From a virus (Duplodnaviria; Caudoviricetes), in IMG/VR virus record IMGVR_UViG_3300037424_000884, positions 1 through 32,137 of that record: DNA of 32,137 nucleotides; one strand, given 5' to 3'. Of this stretch, positions 23,431 to 31,363 are shown in pieces. The translations under genes and the position numbers were made by a program. The notes beneath the pieces were generated by a model. The model was not told the DNA's origin and made no database searches. It saw nothing but the letters and a program-made list of their open reading frames with translations. How positions within the stretch are numbered: the first letter of the stretch is position 1; each line of letters opens with the position of its first letter.

Positions 23431-23902
23431 AAAGGCGCACCCATAAATAAAACTACGCACCCCATAAAAAACTTTTAATAGTGCGTACAAGTGCGTAGTT
23501 GTAGGATACAGCATCGGTCGAGCCAATATCGACCGTGACCGCTAAGACTCCGGGGACATTACCGCCATACCGGACGAGTGCGAGGGCGTTGTCAGTGCGA
23601 CAAGACCTGAGTCGACTGGCATCTGATTGCTCTTTTCTGAAGCTCAAGTCGAGCCGCCGGGCAACCGACGGCTCCGCTGGATCGACAGTGTTGCCGATAA
23701 TTCAACACCGGCACTTTCGTGCACCCCACGGTTTCTCGAGGTTTTCCCCCTGGCACGGTATTGGCATGAGGATCACGTCGAGCGGCAGAGAGCACCCGGC
23801 CGCTCGGACAACAAAACCCCAGGCAACGACCGGGGCGCCTTCGTGCGGAGGGCACCACTACTAGGCAGTCCCGATTAACATTGCGGAGAGGTGTTGTAAC
23901 GA

Positions 23903-24130
23903 ATGTGTACCGATATTGAGATGTATGGCGACGTCGACGTCGAAGCCCTGGCCAAGGACGTCACCCTGCGGTTGTCGAAAGACGCCACCAGCATGGCCCT
24001 GACGATCGTCGCAATGATGGCCCAGGCCAAGGAGGAGCTCGCCCACGACGTCGTCGCTGCCGGGCAGACGCTGAACCGGGCACAGTTCCTGATCCACCGA
24101 TGTTGTCCCATGCTGCACCCTGAAAACTGA
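23903..24130 (+). CDS. Hypothetical protein
   Basis: GAGAGG RBS; followed by a terminator. Confidence 0.55.
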   Translation: MCTDIEMYGDVDVEALAKDVTLRLSKDATSMALTIVAMMAQAKEELAHDVVAAGQTLNRAQFLIHRCCPMLHPEN

Positions 24131-24142
24131 ATGATGAAAGAC

Positions 24143-24166
24143 GCCCGGTTCGCCGGGCTCTTTTTT
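24143..24166 (+). terminator. Rho-independent terminator
   Basis: GCCCGG-TTCG-CCGGGC-TCTTTTTT. Confidence 0.8.
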
Positions 24167-24221
24167 ACCCCCGCCTACAAGTAGGCACTTGCGCGGCCCA
24201 GCCGCTTTTAGAGGAGATACC

Positions 24222-24503
24222 ATGGCTACAAAACCCACCCCCAAGGTAGGCGACCAGGTCTGCGTCGCCGAGTATGTCGGCACCACGGTCTACGAAGTCG
24301 CCGCAGTTGACGGCTTCATGGTCGACCTGACCTACCGTGAACGCGGCGAAGTGTTCGGCGGCGGGCGTGTCGACGCCTCGCTGCTGCGCCCGGCCACCCA
24401 GGCGCAGATCGACTTCCATAGCCCCCAGGCGAAGACGCTCGACGACATCGGCGCCGGCATCCGGCGTCTGCAGCCCTTCACCGAAGCGGGCATGGCGCCG
24501 TGA
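24222..24503 (+). CDS. Hypothetical protein with SH3/KOW-like N-terminus
   Basis: GAGGAG RBS; PKVGDQV...YEVAAVDG... Confidence 0.6.
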   Translation: MATKPTPKVGDQVCVAEYVGTTVYEVAAVDGFMVDLTYRERGEVFGGGRVDASLLRPATQAQIDFHSPQAKTLDDIGAGIRRLQPFTEAGMAP

Positions 24504-24763
24504 GCCAGGTCATCGCCGACAGCGGCCGCCGCACGGCGATCGTCATCGCCCAGGGACCCAAGTTCATCAGCTGCGTGCGGATGGACGCCGGGGAGCTCAC
24601 CACCACTCGGCTGCCGCAGGAGCAGATCGAAGCCGAGGGCTGGCGCCCAATCGACTACCCAGTCGAGCGCGCCATCGACATCTACCTCGCCCACCCCGGG
24701 GGCGTCAGCCCCGCGGCCAGGCGTGCACTCGACGACGTGGCCATGGCCGCGTTGTTGGGTTGA
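24500..24763 (+). CDS. Hypothetical protein, apparent paralog of 15974-16228
   Basis: GTGA overlap with the upstream gene; shared motif pattern. Confidence 0.65.
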   Translation: MSQVIADSGRRTAIVIAQGPKFISCVRMDAGELTTTRLPQEQIEAEGWRPIDYPVERAIDIYLAHPGGVSPAARRALDDVAMAALLG

Positions 24764-24781
24764 TTTCAGAAAGGAAGACAC

Positions 24782-25999
24782 ATGAAAGTTATCACAGAAG
24801 AGGGCTCGCGCCCGATCAAAATCTGGACTGAGGACATCGAGGACGAAGCGCTGAAGCAGGCGAAGAACATCGCCCGTCTGCCGTTCATCGCGGGTAACGG
24901 TGTCGCACTCATGCCTGACGTACACGCTGGCAAGGGAAGCACGGTTGGTACTGTCATAGCAACCAACAAGGCGATTATCCCCGCCGCTGTAGGTGTGGAC
25001 ATCGGCTGCGGCATGAACGCCGTCAGACTGTCCCTGACGGCGTCTGATCTACCTGACAACCTGAAGGACATTCGTTCTCAAATTGAGCGCGATGTGCCTA
25101 CCGGGTTTGGGCAGCATACTCGTCAGGAAGTTATTGACGGGAACCTGTCAAGAATAACCTGTAGCTCGGAGGCAGGGCTTCAGGTGGGGCGCGCCTTCAG
25201 CAAAGGCGACGGAAGCATGATGTGTCAAGCACAGGCTTTCAAGAAAGCAGCAGCTCAACTCGGCACGCTCGGCGGCGGCAACCACTTCATCGAAATCTGC
25301 GTCGATGAGAACCAGGACGTGTGGATCATGCTGCACTCAGGCTCGCGCGGTATCGGCAACATGATCGGCAGCTACTTCATTGAGAAGGCGAAGCGTCGGA
25401 TGGAGCAATACTTCATCAGTCTGCCCGATGGCGACCTAGCTTACCTGCCGGAAGATACGGACGACTTCAATGACTATGTTGAGGCGGTTCAGTGGGCGCA
25501 GGACTACGCGCTGAACAATCGCAGGGTGATGATGGAAGCAGTGATCGCGGCCCTGCGTCGGCATATCGCGGTCGAGTTCACCATCACGCAAGAGGCGATC
25601 AACTGCCATCACAACTACGTCGAAAAGGAGAACCACTTTGGGCGGAACCTATGGGTTACTCGAAAGGGCGCAATTCGCGCTCGCGTCGGTGACCTTGGCA
25701 TCATCCCCGGCTCAATGGGGCAGAAGTCCTACATCGTGCGCGGCAAAGGCAACCTTGAGTCCTATTGCTCCTGCTCGCATGGCGCTGGTCGCAAAATGTC
25801 TCGGACTGCGGCTCGGAAAACGTTCACCGTGGCTGACCTGAAAGCGCAGACAGAAGGCGTCGAGTGCCGTAAGGATGACGCCGTGCTAGACGAGATTCCT
25901 GGTAGCTATAAGGACATCGATGTTGTGATGGCGAACCAGCAAGACCTGATCGAGGTGCTGCACGTCCTGAAGCAGGTTCTATGCGTGAAGGGGGCGTGA
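24782..25999 (+). CDS. rtcB: RtcB RNA ligase (3'-phosphate/5'-OH)
   Basis: MPDVH.GKG, GVDIGCG, GTLGGGNHFIE, HSGSRG, HHNY, RKGA, PGSMG, SHGAGR, DE.P..YK motifs. Confidence 0.97.
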   Translation: MKVITEEGSRPIKIWTEDIEDEALKQAKNIARLPFIAGNGVALMPDVHAGKGSTVGTVIATNKAIIPAAVGVDIGCGMNAVRLSLTASDLPDNLKDIRSQIERDVPTGFGQHTRQEVIDGNLSRITCSSEAGLQVGRAFSKGDGSMMCQAQAFKKAAAQLGTLGGGNHFIEICVDENQDVWIMLHSGSRGIGNMIGSYFIEKAKRRMEQYFISLPDGDLAYLPEDTDDFNDYVEAVQWAQDYALNNRRVMMEAVIAALRRHIAVEFTITQEAINCHHNYVEKENHFGRNLWVTRKGAIRARVGDLGIIPGSMGQKSYIVRGKGNLESYCSCSHGAGRKMSRTAARKTFTVADLKAQTEGVECRKDDAVLDEIPGSYKDIDVVMANQQDLIEVLHVLKQVLCVKGA

Positions 26000-26361
26000 T
26001 GTCACGGATCACCGTACACCTCCAAGTCGGCGCGTGGCCTAGTCCGCTCGACCGTTCGATCGCACTGCCTCTCGACGAGGAGCTGGTCCGCGACGCCTGG
26101 ACGCCGATCGACGTGCCCAGCCTCGACGCGGACCCCTTCATCCGGGAGATCGCCTGCACTGGCAGCGTTCAGATAGTCAAGGTGCGCGAGACCCGGGAGC
26201 GTATGGCGCAGCTGCTGGCTAAAACCCTCGTCCGTGCGCTGCTCGCGTCGATGGAAGCCGAGGACACCTACATGGGCTACCGCGAACGTCCAGGGAGCCC
26301 TGGATGGCCCCTAAAATTTCCTGGGTCAACCACACCCTGCCCACAGGCGAGGAAAACGTGA
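25999..26361 (+). CDS. Hypothetical protein
   Basis: TGATG coupling to the rtcB stop. Confidence 0.55.
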   Translation: MSRITVHLQVGAWPSPLDRSIALPLDEELVRDAWTPIDVPSLDADPFIREIACTGSVQIVKVRETRERMAQLLAKTLVRALLASMEAEDTYMGYRERPGSPGWPLKFPGSTTPCPQARKT

Positions 26362-26615
26362 TCCTCTGCGATCGCTACTCGATGCGCAGCCGCCCCCTGG
26401 GCCGCGTCCGCCCCCTCGCTGGGCGCCACCTTGCCACGGCCGACGACGGCACCTGTCTCGGCCGGTTCCGCGACCCTCTCGGCGCCTGCAACGCGCTGTA
26501 TCGGCACATCGGTGGCGCGCCCGGCAACCCGCAGATTCAGTTTCCGAAGTTCAACACCCACCCCGGGACATGGACCCACACAGGCCCTAGAAAGGAGCAG
26601 CACCATGCAACTTGA
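26358..26615 (+). CDS. Hypothetical protein
   Basis: GAGG RBS and GTGA overlap. Confidence 0.5.
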   Translation: MILCDRYSMRSRPLGRVRPLAGRHLATADDGTCLGRFRDPLGACNALYRHIGGAPGNPQIQFPKFNTHPGTWTHTGPRKEQHHAT

Positions 26616-27045
26616 CGACATCAACCAGGAAAGCCTCGGCAACATCGTCGGCGGCAACCCCGAGGCCCTCGACTACAACCTGCGCGAGGCCCACGAGCGT
26701 GGCTACCTCGAGGGCGCCGTGACTGTCGGCGACGTGACCGGCGGCTACGTCGCCTACCTCGTCGACATGGTCACCGGCCTCGGCGTCGCCCTCCAACTCA
26801 AGGGGCCTATCCTCCCCGCAAGCGTGCCGGAGGAGGCCGCCCCCGGCGAGGTCCGGTCCGACACGGACCACATCGCCTGCGCCAAGGAGATCGCCACCCG
26901 GCTCTCCGACCCCGAGCGCCACGTCGTCGTCACACACGGCATCGTCCCCCAGCGCGAGCTCGACCCGGCGCGCGCCGTAGGCTTCAACGACTTCCGTCTC
27001 ACGGCACACGTCCGGCAGTACCTCACCGAAGGAGCACAAGCATGA
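26605..27045 (+). CDS. Hypothetical protein
   Basis: AAGGAG RBS; high-GC3 codon usage. Confidence 0.65.
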   Translation: MQLDDINQESLGNIVGGNPEALDYNLREAHERGYLEGAVTVGDVTGGYVAYLVDMVTGLGVALQLKGPILPASVPEEAAPGEVRSDTDHIACAKEIATRLSDPERHVVVTHGIVPQRELDPARAVGFNDFRLTAHVRQYLTEGAQA

Positions 27046-27590
27046 ACGACATGTCCCTACAAGGCAGCCTGCAGCAGGCCGTCCGCAAGATTTCCCGTGT
27101 CCAGCAGGTCGCCGAGGCGGTCATCGCCGCCGCGGGAGACCAGTACCTGCGCTGCTCGGAGCTGATCCTGAAGCCGCAGGTCTACCCGCTGGTGAAGGAC
27201 GCCAACGCCCTCTCGTGCATCCTCTCCGAAGCCTACAGCCGCAACAAGCTGGTCGGCCGGGTGCACGCCCCCTTCGGCAAGGAGAAGTTCGCCTACGGCG
27301 CCCGTAGCGACTTGGCCGTCGCGCCGGGGATCAAGCCCAAACGCCGGGGCGTGATCCAGGCGGTCGAGCCCGAGGTGCTGGGGTACGAGGTCAGCATCTG
27401 GTGTAACGACCCGCGCGAGGCGCTGCGCATGCTGGAGCGCAACCCCGGCGCCCGCCACGAGAAGATAGCAGGCGGCAACGAATGGCGGGTCTTCATCCGC
27501 GTCGCGGACAAAGCCGCGGCGCTCGACGCGCTGCTCGCGTCCGACTTGCTGATCCTCGGGACCACGGTCAACCCGGTGCTGGACAAGTGA
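27042..27590 (+). CDS. Hypothetical protein
   Basis: AAGGAG RBS and ATGA overlap. Confidence 0.65.
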   Translation: MNDMSLQGSLQQAVRKISRVQQVAEAVIAAAGDQYLRCSELILKPQVYPLVKDANALSCILSEAYSRNKLVGRVHAPFGKEKFAYGARSDLAVAPGIKPKRRGVIQAVEPEVLGYEVSIWCNDPREALRMLERNPGARHEKIAGGNEWRVFIRVADKAAALDALLASDLLILGTTVNPVLDK

Positions 27591-27742
27591 GTAGCCCCCG
27601 CCTCGTCCACCTCAACACCCTCCGCTTCGTGCTGCGCTGCCTCTGGGGGCGGCCGCCAACCCACGAGGAGCTGGTGTGCGCGTACTTCAGGATGCGCGTC
27701 AATCGCAACCCGATCGCAGGCTGCCGCGGACGTAGCTATTAA
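27587..27742 (+). CDS. Small hypothetical protein
   Basis: GTGA overlap with the upstream stop; 51 aa. Confidence 0.35.
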   Translation: MSSPRLVHLNTLRFVLRCLWGRPPTHEELVCAYFRMRVNRNPIAGCRGRSY

Positions 27743-27828
27743 TTTTTGTTTTTCGACACAAGCAGCAACTTGCATTTCCAGTACCATACAAGTACGGAAT
27801 TGATCCCAACCCACAAAGGAGAACACGC

Positions 27829-28368
27829 ATGACCATCGAAGCAACCCTGGAGCGCATCGCCACCGCACTGGAAGTCCTGGCCGAAAACAGCATCGCCAAA
27901 GACACCGTGACCGACGGCGTCGCGCCGGAAACCGGCAAGCCCGCCGCCACCAAGCGCGCCCCGCGCGGCAGCAAGGGCGAGACCGCGGCTCCTGCCGAGC
28001 CGCCCGTCATGACCGGCGCCGAGGCCGAGGCCGCGCTGAACGGCCACCTCAACGCCCCGGCCCCTACCGCCGCGGAGACCGAGACGCCTGCAGCCCCGGC
28101 CTCCGCACCGGCCGCGACCACGGCGGCCCCGGCCCAGCCCCAGGAGCCGGCCACTGCCCCGTCACCGGAGGTTGCCGCTGCCCCTGAATACAAGCACGTC
28201 CAGGCCGCCGCCACCGACTACTCGCAGGTCGGCAACCGCGACGGTGTGATGGCCATCTTCTCCGAGTTCGGGATCAAGACCCTGAAGGACCTGAAGCCGG
28301 CGCAGTACGCCGACATTATCGCCAAGTTCAACGGCGCGGCCGAAGCGATCAAGGCACTGGGAGCCTAA
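27829..28368 (+). CDS. Ala/Pro-rich protein typically found upstream of DUF2800 in APSE-like replication modules
   Basis: N-terminal LERIATALE, low-complexity linker, C-terminal FGIKTLKDLKPAQYAD. Confidence 0.7.
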   Translation: MTIEATLERIATALEVLAENSIAKDTVTDGVAPETGKPAATKRAPRGSKGETAAPAEPPVMTGAEAEAALNGHLNAPAPTAAETETPAAPASAPAATTAAPAQPQEPATAPSPEVAAAPEYKHVQAAATDYSQVGNRDGVMAIFSEFGIKTLKDLKPAQYADIIAKFNGAAEAIKALGA

Positions 28369-28371
28369 GAC

Positions 28372-29571
28372 ATGTCGGGGAAACACGCCGAGTTGTCCCC
28401 GTCATCCAGCGTCCGCTGGTTGAACTGTCCGGGTAGCGTGGCCCTGTGCCGCGGCCTCCCGGACGACCCTTCCGCCGCAGCAGAGGAGGGCACCGACGCG
28501 CACGAACTGGCCGCCCTGTGCCTGTCGCTCGACGTCGACGCCGCCGGTTTCATCGGCAAGACGTTGCCCAACGGCAACGAGGTCGACGACGAGATGGCCG
28601 AAGGTGTCCAGCAATACCTCGACTACGTGCGCCCGCTGCCCGGGGAGCACCTGATCGAGGAGTGGCTCGACCTCTCCCGGGCAACCGGTGAACCCGGCGG
28701 CGGCGGCACCGGAGACCACGTCGCGATCCAGGTCGAGGCGATCCACGTCACCGACTTCAAGTTCGGCCGCACCCCGGTCGAGATCGTCGGCAACACGCAG
28801 ACGCGCTGCTATGCCGCGGGCGCGCTGCTCCGGCGCTCGGTCAAGGGCGTGCCGTTCGACGTCCCCGAGCGAGTGGTGATGGCTGTCGTCCAGCCGCGCG
28901 TCTTCCACGAACCCCAGGTCGAGGAGATCACCGGCCGTGCCCTGATTGACTGGATGGAGAACGTCCTCGTCCCCGGTGCCGCGGCGACGCGGGACGCCAA
29001 CGCGCCGCTCGTCCCCGGTGCCGCGCAGTGCCAGTGGTGTCGGGCCAAGGGCACATGCCCGGCGCTCGCCGAGTACGCCGTCACCGTCACGGGTGCGGCC
29101 GACCTCGCTGAGTTCGCTGGCCCCTTCGCCCCGCCGGCGCCCTCGGGCCTGTCGGGCGAGCAGCTCGGGGACATCGCGCGCAAGGCAGCGATGGTCCGCA
29201 AGTGGCTCGAAGCCATCGACGCCGAGGTCGCAACGCGGCTGTTGTCCGGGCAGCGCGTCGGTAGCGAAGCCGCCCCGTGGAAGCTGGTGCGCGGCAAGAA
29301 GGGCAACCGCACCTGGGCGCCGGATCAGGAGGACGCCATCGCCGCGGTGCTGCGGGTCAACTACGGCCTCGCCAACGAGACCATCTTCTCGCTGAAGATG
29401 CTGAGCCCGACGGCGATCCTGGCGCTGCCTGCAGTGAAGGAAGACCCTGACCTGCTGGCCGCGTTCATCACCCAGAAAGAGGGGTCGCTCGCGCCGGCCC
29501 CGTTTACCGACAAGCGTGCAGCCTACGTTCCGCGTGAGCTGATCGCAGCCGATTTTGAAACCATTGATTAA
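28372..29571 (+). CDS. DUF2800 Cas4-like PD-(D/E)XK exonuclease
   Basis: HAELSPSS..RWLNCPGS, EEGTDAH, GTGD, DFKFG, QPR, CQWCRAK..CP motifs. Confidence 0.9.
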   Translation: MSGKHAELSPSSSVRWLNCPGSVALCRGLPDDPSAAAEEGTDAHELAALCLSLDVDAAGFIGKTLPNGNEVDDEMAEGVQQYLDYVRPLPGEHLIEEWLDLSRATGEPGGGGTGDHVAIQVEAIHVTDFKFGRTPVEIVGNTQTRCYAAGALLRRSVKGVPFDVPERVVMAVVQPRVFHEPQVEEITGRALIDWMENVLVPGAAATRDANAPLVPGAAQCQWCRAKGTCPALAEYAVTVTGAADLAEFAGPFAPPAPSGLSGEQLGDIARKAAMVRKWLEAIDAEVATRLLSGQRVGSEAAPWKLVRGKKGNRTWAPDQEDAIAAVLRVNYGLANETIFSLKMLSPTAILALPAVKEDPDLLAAFITQKEGSLAPAPFTDKRAAYVPRELIAADFETID

Positions 29572-29581
29572 GGAGCAACAC

Positions 29582-30166
29582 ATGCAACTGCAGATCAAGA
29601 AAGCCCGCGGCACCTTCCTCCACCTGTTCACGGCGCAGCCGTCGCTGGAAGAAGGCAAGGACCCCAAGTTCAACGGCAACTTCATCATCGAGAAAGACGG
29701 CGACGCCTCGAAGGCGATCCGCAAGGCGATGGAAGCGGTCGCGATCGAGAAGTGGGGCGCCAACGGGGTCAAGGTCCTGGACAACTTCGAGGCCAGCAAG
29801 CTGTGCCTGCGCGACGGCGACCGCAACCTCGACAAAGACGGCAACGTGCGCAAGGGCTTCGAGGGCATGCAGTACATCGTCGCCAGCAGCAAGACCAAGC
29901 CCGGCCTGTTCGACAACAAGAAGGACCCCGCCACCGACAAGGCGCGCGCCCTGCTGACCGACGACGGCACGCTGTACTCCGGCTGCTACGTCAACCTGTC
30001 GCTCGACATCTACGCTGTCGACAACCCGACGCAGAAAGTCAAGGGCGTCTTCGCTGACCTGCGCGGCGTCCAGTTCGCCGGCCACGGCGAGCGCCTGGGC
30101 GGCGGCGCACCCGCCACCGCTGACGAGTTCGACTGCACCGAAGAAGACGACGACCTCGGCTTCTAA
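29582..30166 (+). CDS. DUF2815 / T7 gp2.5-like ssDNA-binding protein
   Basis: LRDGD, YSGCYVN, GVQF..GERLGGG motifs; acidic tail ending in F. Confidence 0.9.
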   Translation: MQLQIKKARGTFLHLFTAQPSLEEGKDPKFNGNFIIEKDGDASKAIRKAMEAVAIEKWGANGVKVLDNFEASKLCLRDGDRNLDKDGNVRKGFEGMQYIVASSKTKPGLFDNKKDPATDKARALLTDDGTLYSGCYVNLSLDIYAVDNPTQKVKGVFADLRGVQFAGHGERLGGGAPATADEFDCTEEDDDLGF

Positions 30167-30221
30167 TCCACGCAACCCACCGCCCGGAAGGGCGGTCCTT
30201 TACCGCCCCAAGGAGACGCAA

Positions 30222-30464
30222 GTGAACTACCTGCAAAAATTGCTCGACCTGTTCCGCCCCAGCACCGTCGACGCTGCGCTCGGCGCCTGCAACAAGTCGC
30301 TCGCCAACCTTCAGCGCATCGAAGAGAAGCAGCGCGGCGAGGCCATGCGGCAGCTCGACCTCGAGAGGGCCGCGGCCGTGGCCCGCAACAAGGCACTCAG
30401 TGAGGCGACCCGTGCGCGCAACGTCGCCGACCGCCTGGTCCAGCTCGTCACCCCCTCGTTCTAA
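30222..30464 (+). CDS. Hypothetical coiled-coil protein
   Basis: AAGGAG RBS before GTG. Confidence 0.6.
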   Translation: MNYLQKLLDLFRPSTVDAALGACNKSLANLQRIEEKQRGEAMRQLDLERAAAVARNKALSEATRARNVADRLVQLVTPSF

Positions 30465-30474
30465 GGAGAACCCT

Positions 30475-30699
30475 GTGAGCAACTCTCGCATTCACGGCAT
30501 CAACGCCCTCGGACTACTCGGCGTCGCCTTCGTCGTCCTCAAGCTGCTCGGCCAGATCACCTGGTCCTGGTGGTGGGTCACCGCGCCATTCTGGGCGATC
30601 CCCGTCATCTTCGTGGTGGGCTTCATCATCACGCTGATCGTCCTCGCGGTGCTCGACTGGCGTGCGGCACGTCGCCGCACCAGCTGGATGCGCCGCTGA
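30475..30699 (+). CDS. Small membrane protein (LKL.G.I.WSWWWV.AP.W family)
   Basis: Recognisable phage membrane motif with two TM segments; TAAGGAG RBS. Confidence 0.75.
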   Translation: MSNSRIHGINALGLLGVAFVVLKLLGQITWSWWWVTAPFWAIPVIFVVGFIITLIVLAVLDWRAARRRTSWMRR

Positions 30700-30898
30700 G
30701 CTCTTCCTGTTCTGGCTTAAAGCCCGCAAAAAAAATAACCGGCATGGCAAGGCCCTCGGTGCCGCGCGGCAACGCGCGGAGTCCGCACCTCGGTGTAGCT
30801 GCTCGCTGGGCCGCCCGCAGCGACCGCAGCCCCCAGCCCGGTGAATCCACCCGGGTAGTTTCGGATGGGGGCACTTATTCCAACCACAGGAGACCACG

Positions 30899-31123
30899 AT
30901 GTCCCGGCTGAACCCGTTCCAAGCACACCCCCGCAACCCCAACATTCGCCGCTCCGGCGAGAGCCAGCAGGCGTTCCGCCAGCGCCGTCGTTCCGAGAAC
31001 CAGGCCTCGCGTGGCGGCAGCACCACCATGCTGTGGCCGTCGTCGCACTACGGCACCTACGTCCGCGCCGCCCACGGCCCGCTGCACCCCGACATGCCGC
31101 GCCCGCGATTCCGCGTCAACTGA
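30899..31123 (+). CDS. Hypothetical Arg-rich protein
   Basis: AGGAG RBS. Confidence 0.55.
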   Translation: MSRLNPFQAHPRNPNIRRSGESQQAFRQRRRSENQASRGGSTTMLWPSSHYGTYVRAAHGPLHPDMPRPRFRVN

Positions 31124-31141
31124 CAACCCGAGGAACCCTCC

Positions 31142-31363
31142 ATGCCGCTGGATATTTTCGCCCTGGCCGCGCTGACCGATGATACGGAGGCGTGCGTCGA
31201 TGCCCTCCGCAAGGACGGCGCGTCTTCGGACGACAACCTGCTCCAGCAGATGGAGGAGGCCTACGCCTGCCTGATCGAACTGCAGGGCTGGCGCCGCATG
31301 TTCCCGCACATCCGCGTGTCCCCGGTGTTCCAGACCGCCTACGGCGTGCAGGGGGTGCAATGA
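31142..31363 (+). CDS. Hypothetical protein
   Basis: GAGG RBS; ATGA overlap with the polymerase start. Confidence 0.55.
   Translation: MPLDIFALAALTDDTEACVDALRKDGASSDDNLLQQMEEAYACLIELQGWRRMFPHIRVSPVFQTAYGVQGVQ

Noticed and set aside
23510-23870. tRNA or Y RNA next to rtcB
   Set aside because: No cloverleaf or GTTCRA T-loop recognised and no Ro60 gene, so it is reported only as a structured leader.
28372-29571. Cas4-like nuclease as evidence of a CRISPR system
   Set aside because: It is the standard DUF2800 exonuclease in the DUF2800-DUF2815-PolA replication module.
19334-29970. Long antisense ORFs 19334-21598 (+) and 28402-29970 (-)
   Set aside because: Antisense shadows of the primase-helicase and DUF2800/SSB genes.
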